Below are positions 8,269-15,427 of a stretch of DNA of 15,458 nt, one piece after another. The stretch spans positions 1 through 15,458 of the forward strand of contig JAPLKZ010000008.1 in assembly GCA_026387835.1 (NCBI GenBank). Reading direction: 5' to 3'. The notes below the pieces were generated by a model. It was not told where the DNA came from and did no database searches. It saw only the letters and a program-made list of their open reading frames with translations. The DNA is from Candidatus Saganbacteria bacterium. GTDB taxonomy: Bacteria; Margulisbacteria; WOR-1; JAKLHX01. Position 1 is the stretch's first letter. Each line of letters starts with the position of its first letter. A program made the position numbers and the translations under genes.

Positions 8269-8874
8269 TTAATTTTGACCAACCCTGCAATATCTATTCC
8301 CTGTTGCCAGATCAAGCACAATAGACGGAGTTGATAATATCTTTGTTTCCACTATCCTTGTATTTCCTGATATTTCAAGTAAGCCCATCGCTTTTTCAAA
8401 AAGTTCCCTGTTCCTCGGCCGGTTAAATCCGCCATAAAAAGCAACGTCTACGTCAGCAGAGCCCATAAAATGGGATAACATTTCCTGTATGCGGGATTCA
8501 ATGTCAACATGAGCATCCAAATTTGCAATCAGGCCTCTTTTTATGCTTTTGTCGTACATCGTTACGATCAGACTATCATTTGCCCCGCTCGAATTGATAA
8601 ATCTGACAGGAGAACTTACGGAATCAGCCATATGAAGTCGGTTCAGGCCGACTGTCTCGGTAATACTGTTATCATGGATCTCTATTGTTTGATCTGATAT
8701 AGTGAAAGGTTTTATATCTAGCTTCCTTTCACCTGTCCATCGTTGCAAAGTCAGACCAATCGACCGGCTTGCCCTGTCAAGGATATTCATTCTTCCGGAT
8801 GTAGGCCTGGATAAAGAATCGAGTCCTGAAAGTTGAAAGAAATGAGGCCCAATCACTCTTGCTTGAATTGTCAT
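8269..8874 (-). CDS. Hypothetical protein, 201 aa; possible weak CheD-like C-terminal half
   Basis: Uncontested ORF between flanking genes. Segment SLIVTMYDKSIKRGLIANLDAHV..SADVDVAFYGGFNRPRNRELFEKAMGLLEISGNTRIVETKI loosely resembles the CheD fold pattern. Confidence 0.6.
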   Translation of the reverse strand: MTIQARVIGPHFFQLSGLDSLSRPTSGRMNILDRASRSIGLTLQRWTGERKLDIKPFTISDQTIEIHDNSITETVGLNRLHMADSVSSPVRFINSSGANDSLIVTMYDKSIKRGLIANLDAHVDIESRIQEMLSHFMGSADVDVAFYGGFNRPRNRELFEKAMGLLEISGNTRIVETKILSTPSIVLDLATGNRYCRVGQN

Positions 8875-8979
8875 AGTATTATGTTATCCCCTCTTATGTA
8901 TTTATCGTTAATTTTCGTGCTAAATTTCACTGAAAGTTAACTATTCAGGTCCAAATAGGCACCCTAATTATTCCTCTTA

Positions 8980-9008
8980 TTGATTATTTCAAAATAATAT
9001 AATATAGT
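8980..9008 (+). promoter_or_regulatory. Candidate promoter TTGATT (8980-8985) - 17 bp - TATAGT (9003-9008)
   Basis: Good hexamers and spacing; -10 ends 6 nt before the GTG start at 9015. Confidence 0.5.
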
Positions 9009-9014
9009 CTACTT

Positions 9015-9464
9015 GTGGAAAGAGATCATCAATTCTTTATGAAAGAAGCCGTCAAAGAGGCAATAAAAGGCCTTAAAAGAGGCGGTATCCCTATTGGTTC
9101 AGTGTTGGTGAAAGACGGAAAGATACTTGGCAGGGGACATAACAGGAGAGTGCAGAAAAAATCAGCTATCCTACACGCTGAGATGGATTGCCTCGAGAAC
9201 GCCGGAAGACTGAAAGCAAAAGATTATAAACAATGCACGATCTATTCCACTCTTTCGCCATGCGATATGTGCGCCGGTGCGATACTTTTATATAAGATAC
9301 CGATTATAGTAATAGGGGAGAACAAGACTTTTAAAGGGCCGGAAAGTTATTCAAAAAAGCGGGGAGTGAAGATCATCAATCTTGATGATGTGGAGTGCAG
9401 GAAGATGATGTCTGATTTTATCAAGAAGAAGAGCGATCTCTGGAATGAAGATATTGGCGACTAG
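9015..9464 (+). CDS. Cytosine/nucleoside deaminase family protein (closely resembles fungal cytosine deaminase)
   Basis: 149 aa, GTG start; GGIPIGSVLV, GRGHNRRVQKKSAILHAEMDCLENAGR, TLSPCDMCAGAILLYKIP, C-term WNEDIGD; zinc motifs HAE and PCxxC intact. Confidence 0.88.
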   Translation: MERDHQFFMKEAVKEAIKGLKRGGIPIGSVLVKDGKILGRGHNRRVQKKSAILHAEMDCLENAGRLKAKDYKQCTIYSTLSPCDMCAGAILLYKIPIIVIGENKTFKGPESYSKKRGVKIINLDDVECRKMMSDFIKKKSDLWNEDIGD

Positions 9465-10687
9465 GACATTTTACCGCTCGCTTTATTATCTCCGGATCGA
9501 AGATGAGGTGATCTAGGTATCATCATTTCAAGCGCTTCTATGATCTGGGCCGGCTTTGGAGAAATGATCATCGATCTGTCCGATCTTCCGGAATACTTTT
9601 CCTGCGCTTGAAAACCCGCAGAAACATCGCTTGTCCACAGCCAGGTCTTTTTTTCAAAATCGTCAGCTATTATCGAGACTTTCGGGGTACCCACGGCTGC
9701 GGCAAGGTGAGCAGGCCCGGAATTCGGAGAAAGGACTGCAGTGCAGTTCCTTATTATTTCTGCTGAAGTCAGGCAATCACCGAAGAAAAGATGAGAAGAT
9801 CTGCCGAAGCCCGAAGTCCTCGGAAAAGTCTTGTTGAGCGCATCCAGAAGGTGTTTGTGGGCGGAAAAGTCTTTATCATCATGTGCAGGATGGGTCCCGA
9901 AAATATTTCCTGACACAAGAAGAACATGATAGCCTTTCTTTATAAAATCAATAGCCACATCGTAATAATTCCTGAAAGGCCATACAGAGTTGAAGCTGTC
10001 ATGGGTTGCGGATGTCAGGTGAATGCCGATGGTGTTTTTAGGACACAATCTTTCTTTCTCAAAGAACAGCCTTGCCTGGGCGACCTCTTTTTCGCTGGTC
10101 CAGACAAGCGGTCTTCTCATTGTTCCCGGAATTTGAAAATCCATGGAAGGATCATCTATCATGACCGCCATCCTGGCGGTCTCAAGATAAGTGTTCAGAA
10201 AATTAGGTTCGGGAATGGCATTTCCGCTGGTATTAACCACGTGGTCAAAGATGTGGGAGGGCAGGTCCCATCCGTGTTCTTCGTCGTCAGAGTTCGTCCG
10301 GAGATTACCCAAAAAACCGTCATAACCTATACGGTAGCTGTTCTTATCGACAAGATGCACTATGGAAAAAAAAGAGTCGTCAACGGTTTCGAAGCTGTCA
10401 CCGAACGGCAAACAAACAATCGTCTTGTCAGCTATTTGTTCCCTTATCATTTTATCGCGCCCAGGCTCGTCACATCCAAAGATACTCGCACCGTGACTTT
10501 TGGCGTCCGCAAACCTGTATTTGTTCAGATAGATTGCCTGGGGGCTTGTCATGATAATCGTGCGTTCTCCGAAGGCATTGATCAACATATCAAATGAAGG
10601 TGCAATATGAAGCAGAGAACCCAGCTTGGTAATAGGGCAGGAGACTAAAAGCTTGCCAAAAGGCGCCAGTTTTGTTGTAGGTATCAT
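9461..10687 (-). CDS. Glycosyltransferase family 9-like protein (heptosyltransferase superfamily)
   Basis: 408 aa; C-terminal CTAVLSPNSGPAHLAAAVGTPKVSII is the GT9 signature; NTIGIHLTSA; GAGG RBS upstream on the minus strand. Confidence 0.82.
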   Translation of the reverse strand: MIPTTKLAPFGKLLVSCPITKLGSLLHIAPSFDMLINAFGERTIIMTSPQAIYLNKYRFADAKSHGASIFGCDEPGRDKMIREQIADKTIVCLPFGDSFETVDDSFFSIVHLVDKNSYRIGYDGFLGNLRTNSDDEEHGWDLPSHIFDHVVNTSGNAIPEPNFLNTYLETARMAVMIDDPSMDFQIPGTMRRPLVWTSEKEVAQARLFFEKERLCPKNTIGIHLTSATHDSFNSVWPFRNYYDVAIDFIKKGYHVLLVSGNIFGTHPAHDDKDFSAHKHLLDALNKTFPRTSGFGRSSHLFFGDCLTSAEIIRNCTAVLSPNSGPAHLAAAVGTPKVSIIADDFEKKTWLWTSDVSAGFQAQEKYSGRSDRSMIISPKPAQIIEALEMMIPRSPHLRSGDNKASGKMS

Positions 10688-10814
10688 TGTTGCCTCAAGT
10701 ATCTATCTTTAAAACAGGCATAAAATTTCATTCTTAATTTCAGAAGTAAAAAAGGGGTGATATAATGTCAATGTCCGATCCTAAGCTCCCGATCTGAAGA
10801 ATGCGGGGTTATTT

Positions 10815-11369
10815 ATGGACGTAAAAGAAGCGATAGAGAAAAGGCGCGCTTACCGCTCGCTTGATAAAGCCGAGATCACAAAAGAACTTGTTGATGACCT
10901 CTCTCACAGCGCGAGCCTTGCAGCATCCTGTTTTAACAACCAGCCCTGGAGGTTCATATTCGTATATGAAGAGGAACAACTGAAGAAATTGAAGACCGCA
11001 TTGAACAAGGGCAATGAATGGGCGGGCGATGCATCGATGATAATAGCTGTTGCCAGTAAAAAGGATACGGATTGTGTAGTAAAGGGAAGGGAATATTTCC
11101 TTTTTGATACAGGTATGGCTACAGCCCACCTGATACTCCGGGCGACCGAGCTTGGGCTTGTCGCCCACCCGATAGCGGGTTATGACGAACAAAAAGCCAG
11201 GGAAATACTTAATGTGCCGGAAGACATGACGGTCATAACGCTTATTAATGTAGGCAAGCATTCTGGGACAATAAGGCCGACATTATCCGAGAAACAGGCT
11301 GAAGGCGAGAAAGACAGGCCGAAGAGGCTGCCTCCTGAAAAGTTCTCTTTTATTAATAAATACGAATAA
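10815..11369 (+). CDS. Nitroreductase family protein
   Basis: 184 aa; AIEKRRAYRSLDKAEIT, ASLAASCFNNQPWRFIFV, DTGMATAHLILRATELGLVAHPIAGYDEQKAREILNVPEDMTVITLINVGK. Confidence 0.92.
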   Translation: MDVKEAIEKRRAYRSLDKAEITKELVDDLSHSASLAASCFNNQPWRFIFVYEEEQLKKLKTALNKGNEWAGDASMIIAVASKKDTDCVVKGREYFLFDTGMATAHLILRATELGLVAHPIAGYDEQKAREILNVPEDMTVITLINVGKHSGTIRPTLSEKQAEGEKDRPKRLPPEKFSFINKYE

Positions 11370-11435
11370 TGACACTGGGTTTAAATTGCAAGAACATCAG
11401 GTAATAGTCTGTGACCCGGGGGCCAAGGAACAAAA

Positions 11436-12326
11436 ATGCCGGTTTTTTTAAAGAACAGGATCATCATCCTGTCCTCGGTACTTATTTTTTCCGCCGCATT
11501 GATAGCCGTGTCAGGCTGCAAGGTGACGGTGAAAAAAGCCGGCGGCGCAATAAAGAAAAATCAGAATTATGTCAAAATCGCGGAAAAAGAGATCGATAAA
11601 AGTTTTTTTAAGATATATGTTCAGAACGAACAGGAACTTCTAAGGGGAGTGAAGTATCACAAGCTGATAAATGGCGACCCTTTCCTTAAAGAAATTGCGC
11701 TGACTTTTGATGACGGTCCGCACCCTCACTTCACGATGAAGCTCTTGGAGATCCTTAAAAAAAACAATATAAAAGCGACTTTTTTCCTGGTCGGGAAAAA
11801 AGCCGTGCAATACCCGCGGCTTGTCAGAGAAGAGATGGCATCCGGCCACTCTGTAGGCAATCATACTTACAGTCATTTAAATCTCACATTGATACCGTCG
11901 GAAGACGCGGCCGTGGAAATAAAAGCCTGCGGGCTTGCTCTGATGAACATAACCGGACAATACCCGCACCTTTTCAGGCCGCCGGGCGGGGATTACGACA
12001 CCGAGACAATACGCGTTGCGGAACAGCTCGGGTACACGACAGTTCTGTGGACGGCCAACACGGGGGATGCGGCCAATATCGGCAAGCGCGCTATAAAGAT
12101 CAGGCTTTTCAACAGGATCGATAACGGAGGGATAATATTGATGCACGACGGGATCCAGGCGACGATCGATATTTTACCCCAGGTGATCGGAGAACTAAAG
12201 AAGGAAGGATACGATTTTGTCACGATAGACGAGATGATCGCTCATAAAAACTTAAAAGGCGCCGTGCGCCACGGACTTCTTTACATGATCCGGGAAAATA
12301 TCCTGAAAATATTGCGTTTGAAATAA
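11436..12326 (+). CDS. Polysaccharide deacetylase (NodB domain), predicted lipoprotein
   Basis: 296 aa; IALTFDDGPHPHFTMKLLEIL, KATFFLVGKKA, GHSVGNHTYSHLNLT, LFRPPGGDYD, GGIILMHDG; N-terminal helix plus lipobox AVSGC. Confidence 0.93.
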   Translation: MPVFLKNRIIILSSVLIFSAALIAVSGCKVTVKKAGGAIKKNQNYVKIAEKEIDKSFFKIYVQNEQELLRGVKYHKLINGDPFLKEIALTFDDGPHPHFTMKLLEILKKNNIKATFFLVGKKAVQYPRLVREEMASGHSVGNHTYSHLNLTLIPSEDAAVEIKACGLALMNITGQYPHLFRPPGGDYDTETIRVAEQLGYTTVLWTANTGDAANIGKRAIKIRLFNRIDNGGIILMHDGIQATIDILPQVIGELKKEGYDFVTIDEMIAHKNLKGAVRHGLLYMIRENILKILRLK

Positions 12327-12346
12327 TATCAATAAGAATATACAAT
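12318..12346 (+). promoter_or_regulatory. Candidate promoter TTGAAA (12318-12323) - 17 bp - TACAAT (12341-12346) for corA
   Basis: Good hexamers and spacing; -10 ends 8 nt before the ATG at 12355; -35 overlaps the end of the deacetylase gene. Confidence 0.45.
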
Positions 12347-12354
12347 AATATCCA

Positions 12355-13425
12355 ATGAAAGAAGCATCATACAAGCGTTCCAGAAAGACGGGACTCCCCC
12401 CGGGCTCGCCGGTCTATATCGGAAAACAGAAGGGCTTTAAGATAAAGATCTCTCTTATTGATTACAGCGCTTCCCATTTTGAAGAAAAAGAAATTTCCGA
12501 AATAAAAGAGTGTTTCCCGTTCAAAGAAAAAGATTCTGTCACATGGATAAATGTAGACGGAGTGCACGACCCTAAACTGATGGAAGAACTTTCATCATGC
12601 TACGGAGTACATCCGCTTGTGCAGGAAGACATCGTGAACACCGACCAGAGGCCGAAGCTTGAGGATTACGGCGATTATCTTTATATAGTTGTCAGGATGT
12701 TCTTGCTCAACGAGAAGGAAGAAAAAATATCATCGGAACAGGTGAGCTTTATAGTGGGGAGGAATTATACCATCTCATTCCAGGAAGAGGGAAAAGAAGG
12801 AGATGTGTTCGGCACGGTCCGCGAAAGGATAAGGTCGGGAAAGACAAGGATAAGGACAGAAGGGGCCGACTACCTTGTCTACAGCCTGATAGACGCGATC
12901 GTCGACAGTTATTTCGGCATTATCGAGCGGCTGGGTGAAAAGATAGAACAACTGGAGGAGATCCTCATAACCAAGCCGACGCAAAATGTATTGGGAGAGA
13001 TACACGTACTAAAGAGGGAGATACTGAACCTGCGGAAAAACGTGTGGCCGCTTCGCGAGGTGATCGGAGCGCTGGAAAGGGGAGAATCACAACTGATAAG
13101 GCCTTCCACGAGAGTTTATCTCAGGGATGTCTATGATCACACGGTACAGATAATCGAGACGATCGAGAATTACAGGGATATGATGTCGGGGATGCTGGAT
13201 ATCTATCTTTCTTCTATCAGCAATCGGCTTAACGAAGTGATGAAGGTCCTGACGATAATAGCAACGATCTTTATACCTCTGACTTTTATAGTCGGCATAT
13301 ACGGGATGAACTTCAGGAACATGCCCGAGCTAAGCTGGGAATATTCCTACGCTGTTGTCTGGCTTGTCATGCTTTCTGTCGCGGCGGGGATGCTGATATA
13401 TTTTAAAAGGAAGAAGTGGCTGTAG
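12355..13425 (+). CDS. corA: Magnesium/cobalt transporter CorA
   Basis: 356 aa; VQEDIVNTDQRPKLEDYGDYLY, two C-terminal TM helices with YGMNFRNMPEL (GMN motif), terminal basic KRKKWL. Confidence 0.95.
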   Translation: MKEASYKRSRKTGLPPGSPVYIGKQKGFKIKISLIDYSASHFEEKEISEIKECFPFKEKDSVTWINVDGVHDPKLMEELSSCYGVHPLVQEDIVNTDQRPKLEDYGDYLYIVVRMFLLNEKEEKISSEQVSFIVGRNYTISFQEEGKEGDVFGTVRERIRSGKTRIRTEGADYLVYSLIDAIVDSYFGIIERLGEKIEQLEEILITKPTQNVLGEIHVLKREILNLRKNVWPLREVIGALERGESQLIRPSTRVYLRDVYDHTVQIIETIENYRDMMSGMLDIYLSSISNRLNEVMKVLTIIATIFIPLTFIVGIYGMNFRNMPELSWEYSYAVVWLVMLSVAAGMLIYFKRKKWL

Positions 13426-13428
13426 CCC

Positions 13429-13827
13429 TCAGCTGATCCAACATATTTTTACTTCATCTTCAAGGGTTTTGAATTCTTTGTCGCCTGTGACCACTTCTCC
13501 TTTTGTGAGCTTGGCCAGAGCCGCGGCAAAACAGTCAGCATATGATAATTTGTTCCCGGCTTTAAAGACAGCCGCCTGTCTGGATATTTGAAGATCAACG
13601 TCGACGGTCTTTATGGGGAATGTATTAATGATGCGCGCTATCTCATCGGCCTTGTCTTTTCCGAATTCCCTGAAAACGATGTAATAAACCTCTCCCCAGT
13701 TCACCGTTGTCATCAGAAGGTCGCTGTCCTTCTCCATCGCGTCGACGAATATATCCCCGACCTTCTCAGACCCCTCTTCTTTTTCAAGAAAAGCCATCAG
13801 CGCGTGCGCGTCCAGTATCCGCCTCAT
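13429..13827 (-). CDS. PIN-domain ribonuclease toxin (VapC-like)
   Basis: 132 aa; RRILDAHALMAFLEKEEGSEKV, LMTTVNWGEVYY, KLSYADCFAAALAKLTKGEVVTGDKEFKTLE; immediately follows an AbrB-type gene. Confidence 0.87.
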   Translation of the reverse strand: MRRILDAHALMAFLEKEEGSEKVGDIFVDAMEKDSDLLMTTVNWGEVYYIVFREFGKDKADEIARIINTFPIKTVDVDLQISRQAAVFKAGNKLSYADCFAAALAKLTKGEVVTGDKEFKTLEDEVKICWIS

Positions 13828-13829
13828 AT

Positions 13830-14066
13830 CTATTTCTCCCTTTTCCTGTCTTTAACGCGCTCACGAAGAAGTTCTCTGGAGAGTTTCCCTCCGGTCTTTA
13901 GTATCCCCTCCTGTTCCTTTATATATGTTGAAGTCACCGGTTTGAGAATGATCTCATTTCCGTTCTCCTCAACATACAGCTTTGTGCCGGTCCTGATGCT
14001 CAATCTCTCGCGCATTTTGGCCGGTATTACTATCTGGCCCTTTGTCGTGACAGTTGCCTTAGTCAT
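13830..14066 (-). CDS. AbrB/SpoVT-family antitoxin
   Basis: 78 aa; ATVTTKGQIVIPAKMRERLSIRTGTKLYVEENGNEIILKP swapped-hairpin motif; 2-nt gap to the toxin start. Confidence 0.9.
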   Translation of the reverse strand: MTKATVTTKGQIVIPAKMRERLSIRTGTKLYVEENGNEIILKPVTSTYIKEQEGILKTGGKLSRELLRERVKDRKREK

Positions 14067-14169
14067 ATATGTGCTCCTTTGTAGAAAAGTATAACATAAA
14101 GCAATAAGTAAGTCAAATAAATAAAGTAGTACATATTTCGTATTTTATTAGACTATTTGCGGCGACACA

Positions 14170-14191
14170 AAAGCCATCTTTCGATGGCTTT
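14170..14191 (-). terminator. Hairpin downstream of tRNA-fMet, possible terminator or processing signal
   Basis: Minus-strand AAAGCCATC-GAAA-GATGGCTTT, perfect 9-bp stem with GNRA loop, starting 8 nt past the tRNA CCA; only a short U tract. Confidence 0.5.
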
Positions 14192-14199
14192 ATATATTT

Positions 14200-14276
14200 T
14201 GGTAGCGGGGGCAGGATTCGAACCTGCGACCTCAAGGTTATGAGCCTTGCGAGCTACCAGGCTGCTCCACCCCGCG
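14200..14276 (-). tRNA. Initiator tRNA-Met(CAT), with encoded CCA
   Basis: Reverse complement CGCGGGGTGGAGCAGCCTGGTAGCTCGCAAGGCTCATAACCTTGAGGTCGCAGGTTCGAATCCTGCCCCCGCTACCA; unpaired position 1, initiator-type D-arm, anticodon CAT. Confidence 0.93.
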
Positions 14277-14291
14277 ATGTCTGATATTTCT

Positions 14292-14320
14292 ATTTTGACA
14301 CAATTTCATCTTTCGTTCAA
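14292..14320 (-). promoter_or_regulatory. Candidate tRNA-fMet promoter TTGAAC - 17 bp - CAAAAT (minus strand)
   Basis: TTGAAC = complement of 14315-14320; CAAAAT = complement of 14292-14297; tRNA starts 15 nt downstream. Confidence 0.4.
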
Positions 14321-14321
14321 C

Positions 14322-14350
14322 TTGCCGAACATCATAAATTATTATAAAAT
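14322..14350 (+). promoter_or_regulatory. Candidate promoter TTGCCG (14322-14327) - 17 bp - TAAAAT (14345-14350) for the NUDIX gene
   Basis: Acceptable hexamers and spacing; -10 ends 5 nt before the ATG at 14356; no SD. Confidence 0.45.
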
Positions 14351-14355
14351 CAATT

Positions 14356-14868
14356 ATGATGAAAAAGACAAGACTGATCCACAGGGCCAAGATATTTGAC
14401 GTCGTAAAGAAGCGCGTCAAGCTGCCCAACGGGAACTGCCCGGAACTGGTGATAATAGAACATCCGGGTGCTGTCCTTGTCGTGCCTTTTTTAAACGATA
14501 ACGAGATCGTGATGATCCGCCAGTACAGGCCGGCCGTAGAAAGGTTCATCTGGGAGCTTCCGGCGGGCACACTTGAAAAAGGGGAAAGCCCGGTCAAATG
14601 CGCGAAAAGGGAGCTGATAGAGGAGATCGGGTACTGCGCGAAGAAGATCGTGCATCTTTATAATATTATCCCGGCGCCGGGATATTCTTCGGAGATATTG
14701 AAATATTACGCCGCGTTCGGCCTTAAAAAGGTCAAGAAACAAAGCCAGAACGACGAGGTCATCAGAGAAGAGATCTTCAACAAGAAACAGATCAGAAAGA
14801 TGTTCGAGAGCGGAAAGATAGTGGACAGCAAAACGATAACGGCGCTGGCGATAGTGGGATGGCTATGA
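14356..14868 (+). CDS. NUDIX hydrolase (ADP-ribose pyrophosphatase-like)
   Basis: 170 aa; NUDIX box GTLEKGESPVKCAKRELIEEIG; upstream RQYRPAVERFIWELPAG typical of ADP-ribose pyrophosphatases. Confidence 0.92.
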   Translation: MMKKTRLIHRAKIFDVVKKRVKLPNGNCPELVIIEHPGAVLVVPFLNDNEIVMIRQYRPAVERFIWELPAGTLEKGESPVKCAKRELIEEIGYCAKKIVHLYNIIPAPGYSSEILKYYAAFGLKKVKKQSQNDEVIREEIFNKKQIRKMFESGKIVDSKTITALAIVGWL

Positions 14869-14870
14869 TT

Positions 14871-14972
14871 CGGCTGACGGCACGCCCACTCTGTTCGCTA
14901 CGGCTGACAGCTAACGGCTCCGGAGCTGTAAGCTGTAAGTGAGCGAAGCGAACGAGCCGTAAGCTGTGAGCC
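14871..14972. repeat. Imperfect palindromic intergenic element
   Basis: Centred near 14922: GCTCCGGAGC (14917-14926), ACAGCT (14907-14912)/AGCTGT (14931-14936), GTTCGCT (14893-14899)/AGCGAAC (14947-14953); also repeated CGGCTGAC and GTAAGCTGT words. Confidence 0.7.
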
Positions 14973-14989
14973 AAATAAAGGAGAAACAA

Positions 14990-15388
14990 ATGGTGACGAT
15001 CCAGGAATTCATGAATATAGAACTGAAGGTTGCGAAGATAGTGGAGGCGAGCGACCATCCGAACGCAGATAAACTTGTCGTCCTGAAAGTCGATGCGGGC
15101 GAGACGGAGAAGAAAACAGTCATGCAGGAGTATGCGTACGGTTCTGGAAACGAGGAGCCGCAAACCGTCTCTGTGCCCAAATACAGGCAGATCGTTGCGG
15201 GAATAAGGAATTCTTATTCGAGCGAACAACTGGTAGGAAAATATATCGTACTGGTGAGCAACCTTGAGCCTGCTATGCTCAGAGGAGTGGAGAGCCAGGG
15301 AATGCTTCTTGCAGCGTCAGATGATGAATCCGGGCCGGTTCTAATATGTCCGGAGAGAGAAGTGAAGGTGGGAGCGAAAGTGAAATAA
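14990..15388 (+). CDS. Stand-alone tRNA-binding domain protein (MetG C-terminal/Trbp111-like)
   Basis: ELKVAKIVEASDHPNADKLVVLKVDAGE, RQIVAGI, LVGKYIVLVSNLEPAMLRGVESQGMLLAA. Start set to ATG 14990 behind AAAGGAG (14977-14983); the track start at 14966 lies in the repeat. Confidence 0.87.
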   Translation: MVTIQEFMNIELKVAKIVEASDHPNADKLVVLKVDAGETEKKTVMQEYAYGSGNEEPQTVSVPKYRQIVAGIRNSYSSEQLVGKYIVLVSNLEPAMLRGVESQGMLLAASDDESGPVLICPEREVKVGAKVK

Positions 15389-15391
15389 CAG

Positions 15392-15427
15392 CCCTCACCC
15401 TTCCCTCTCCCATGGGGAGAGGGTGAA
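15392..15427. repeat. Palindromic GC-rich intergenic element at the right edge
   Basis: CCCTCTCCCC (15403-15412) AT GGGGAGAGGG (15415-15424), flanked by CCCTCACCC and TGA; resembles the purD-rdgB element in composition. Confidence 0.6.

Noticed and set aside
9926-10597. Plus-strand 223-aa ORF
   Set aside because: Fully antisense to the well-supported GT9 gene, with no recognisable motifs.
10809-11261. Minus-strand 145-aa (9-kb-scale list: 150-aa) ORF
   Set aside because: Antisense to nitroreductase, whose motifs are clear on the plus strand.
13588-14094. Plus-strand 168-aa ORF
   Set aside because: Antisense to both toxin-antitoxin genes, which have recognisable PIN and AbrB motifs.
14792-15229. 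Minus-strand 145-aa ORF
   Set aside because: Spans the NUDIX end, the repeat and the tRNA-binding gene in antisense; no family signature.
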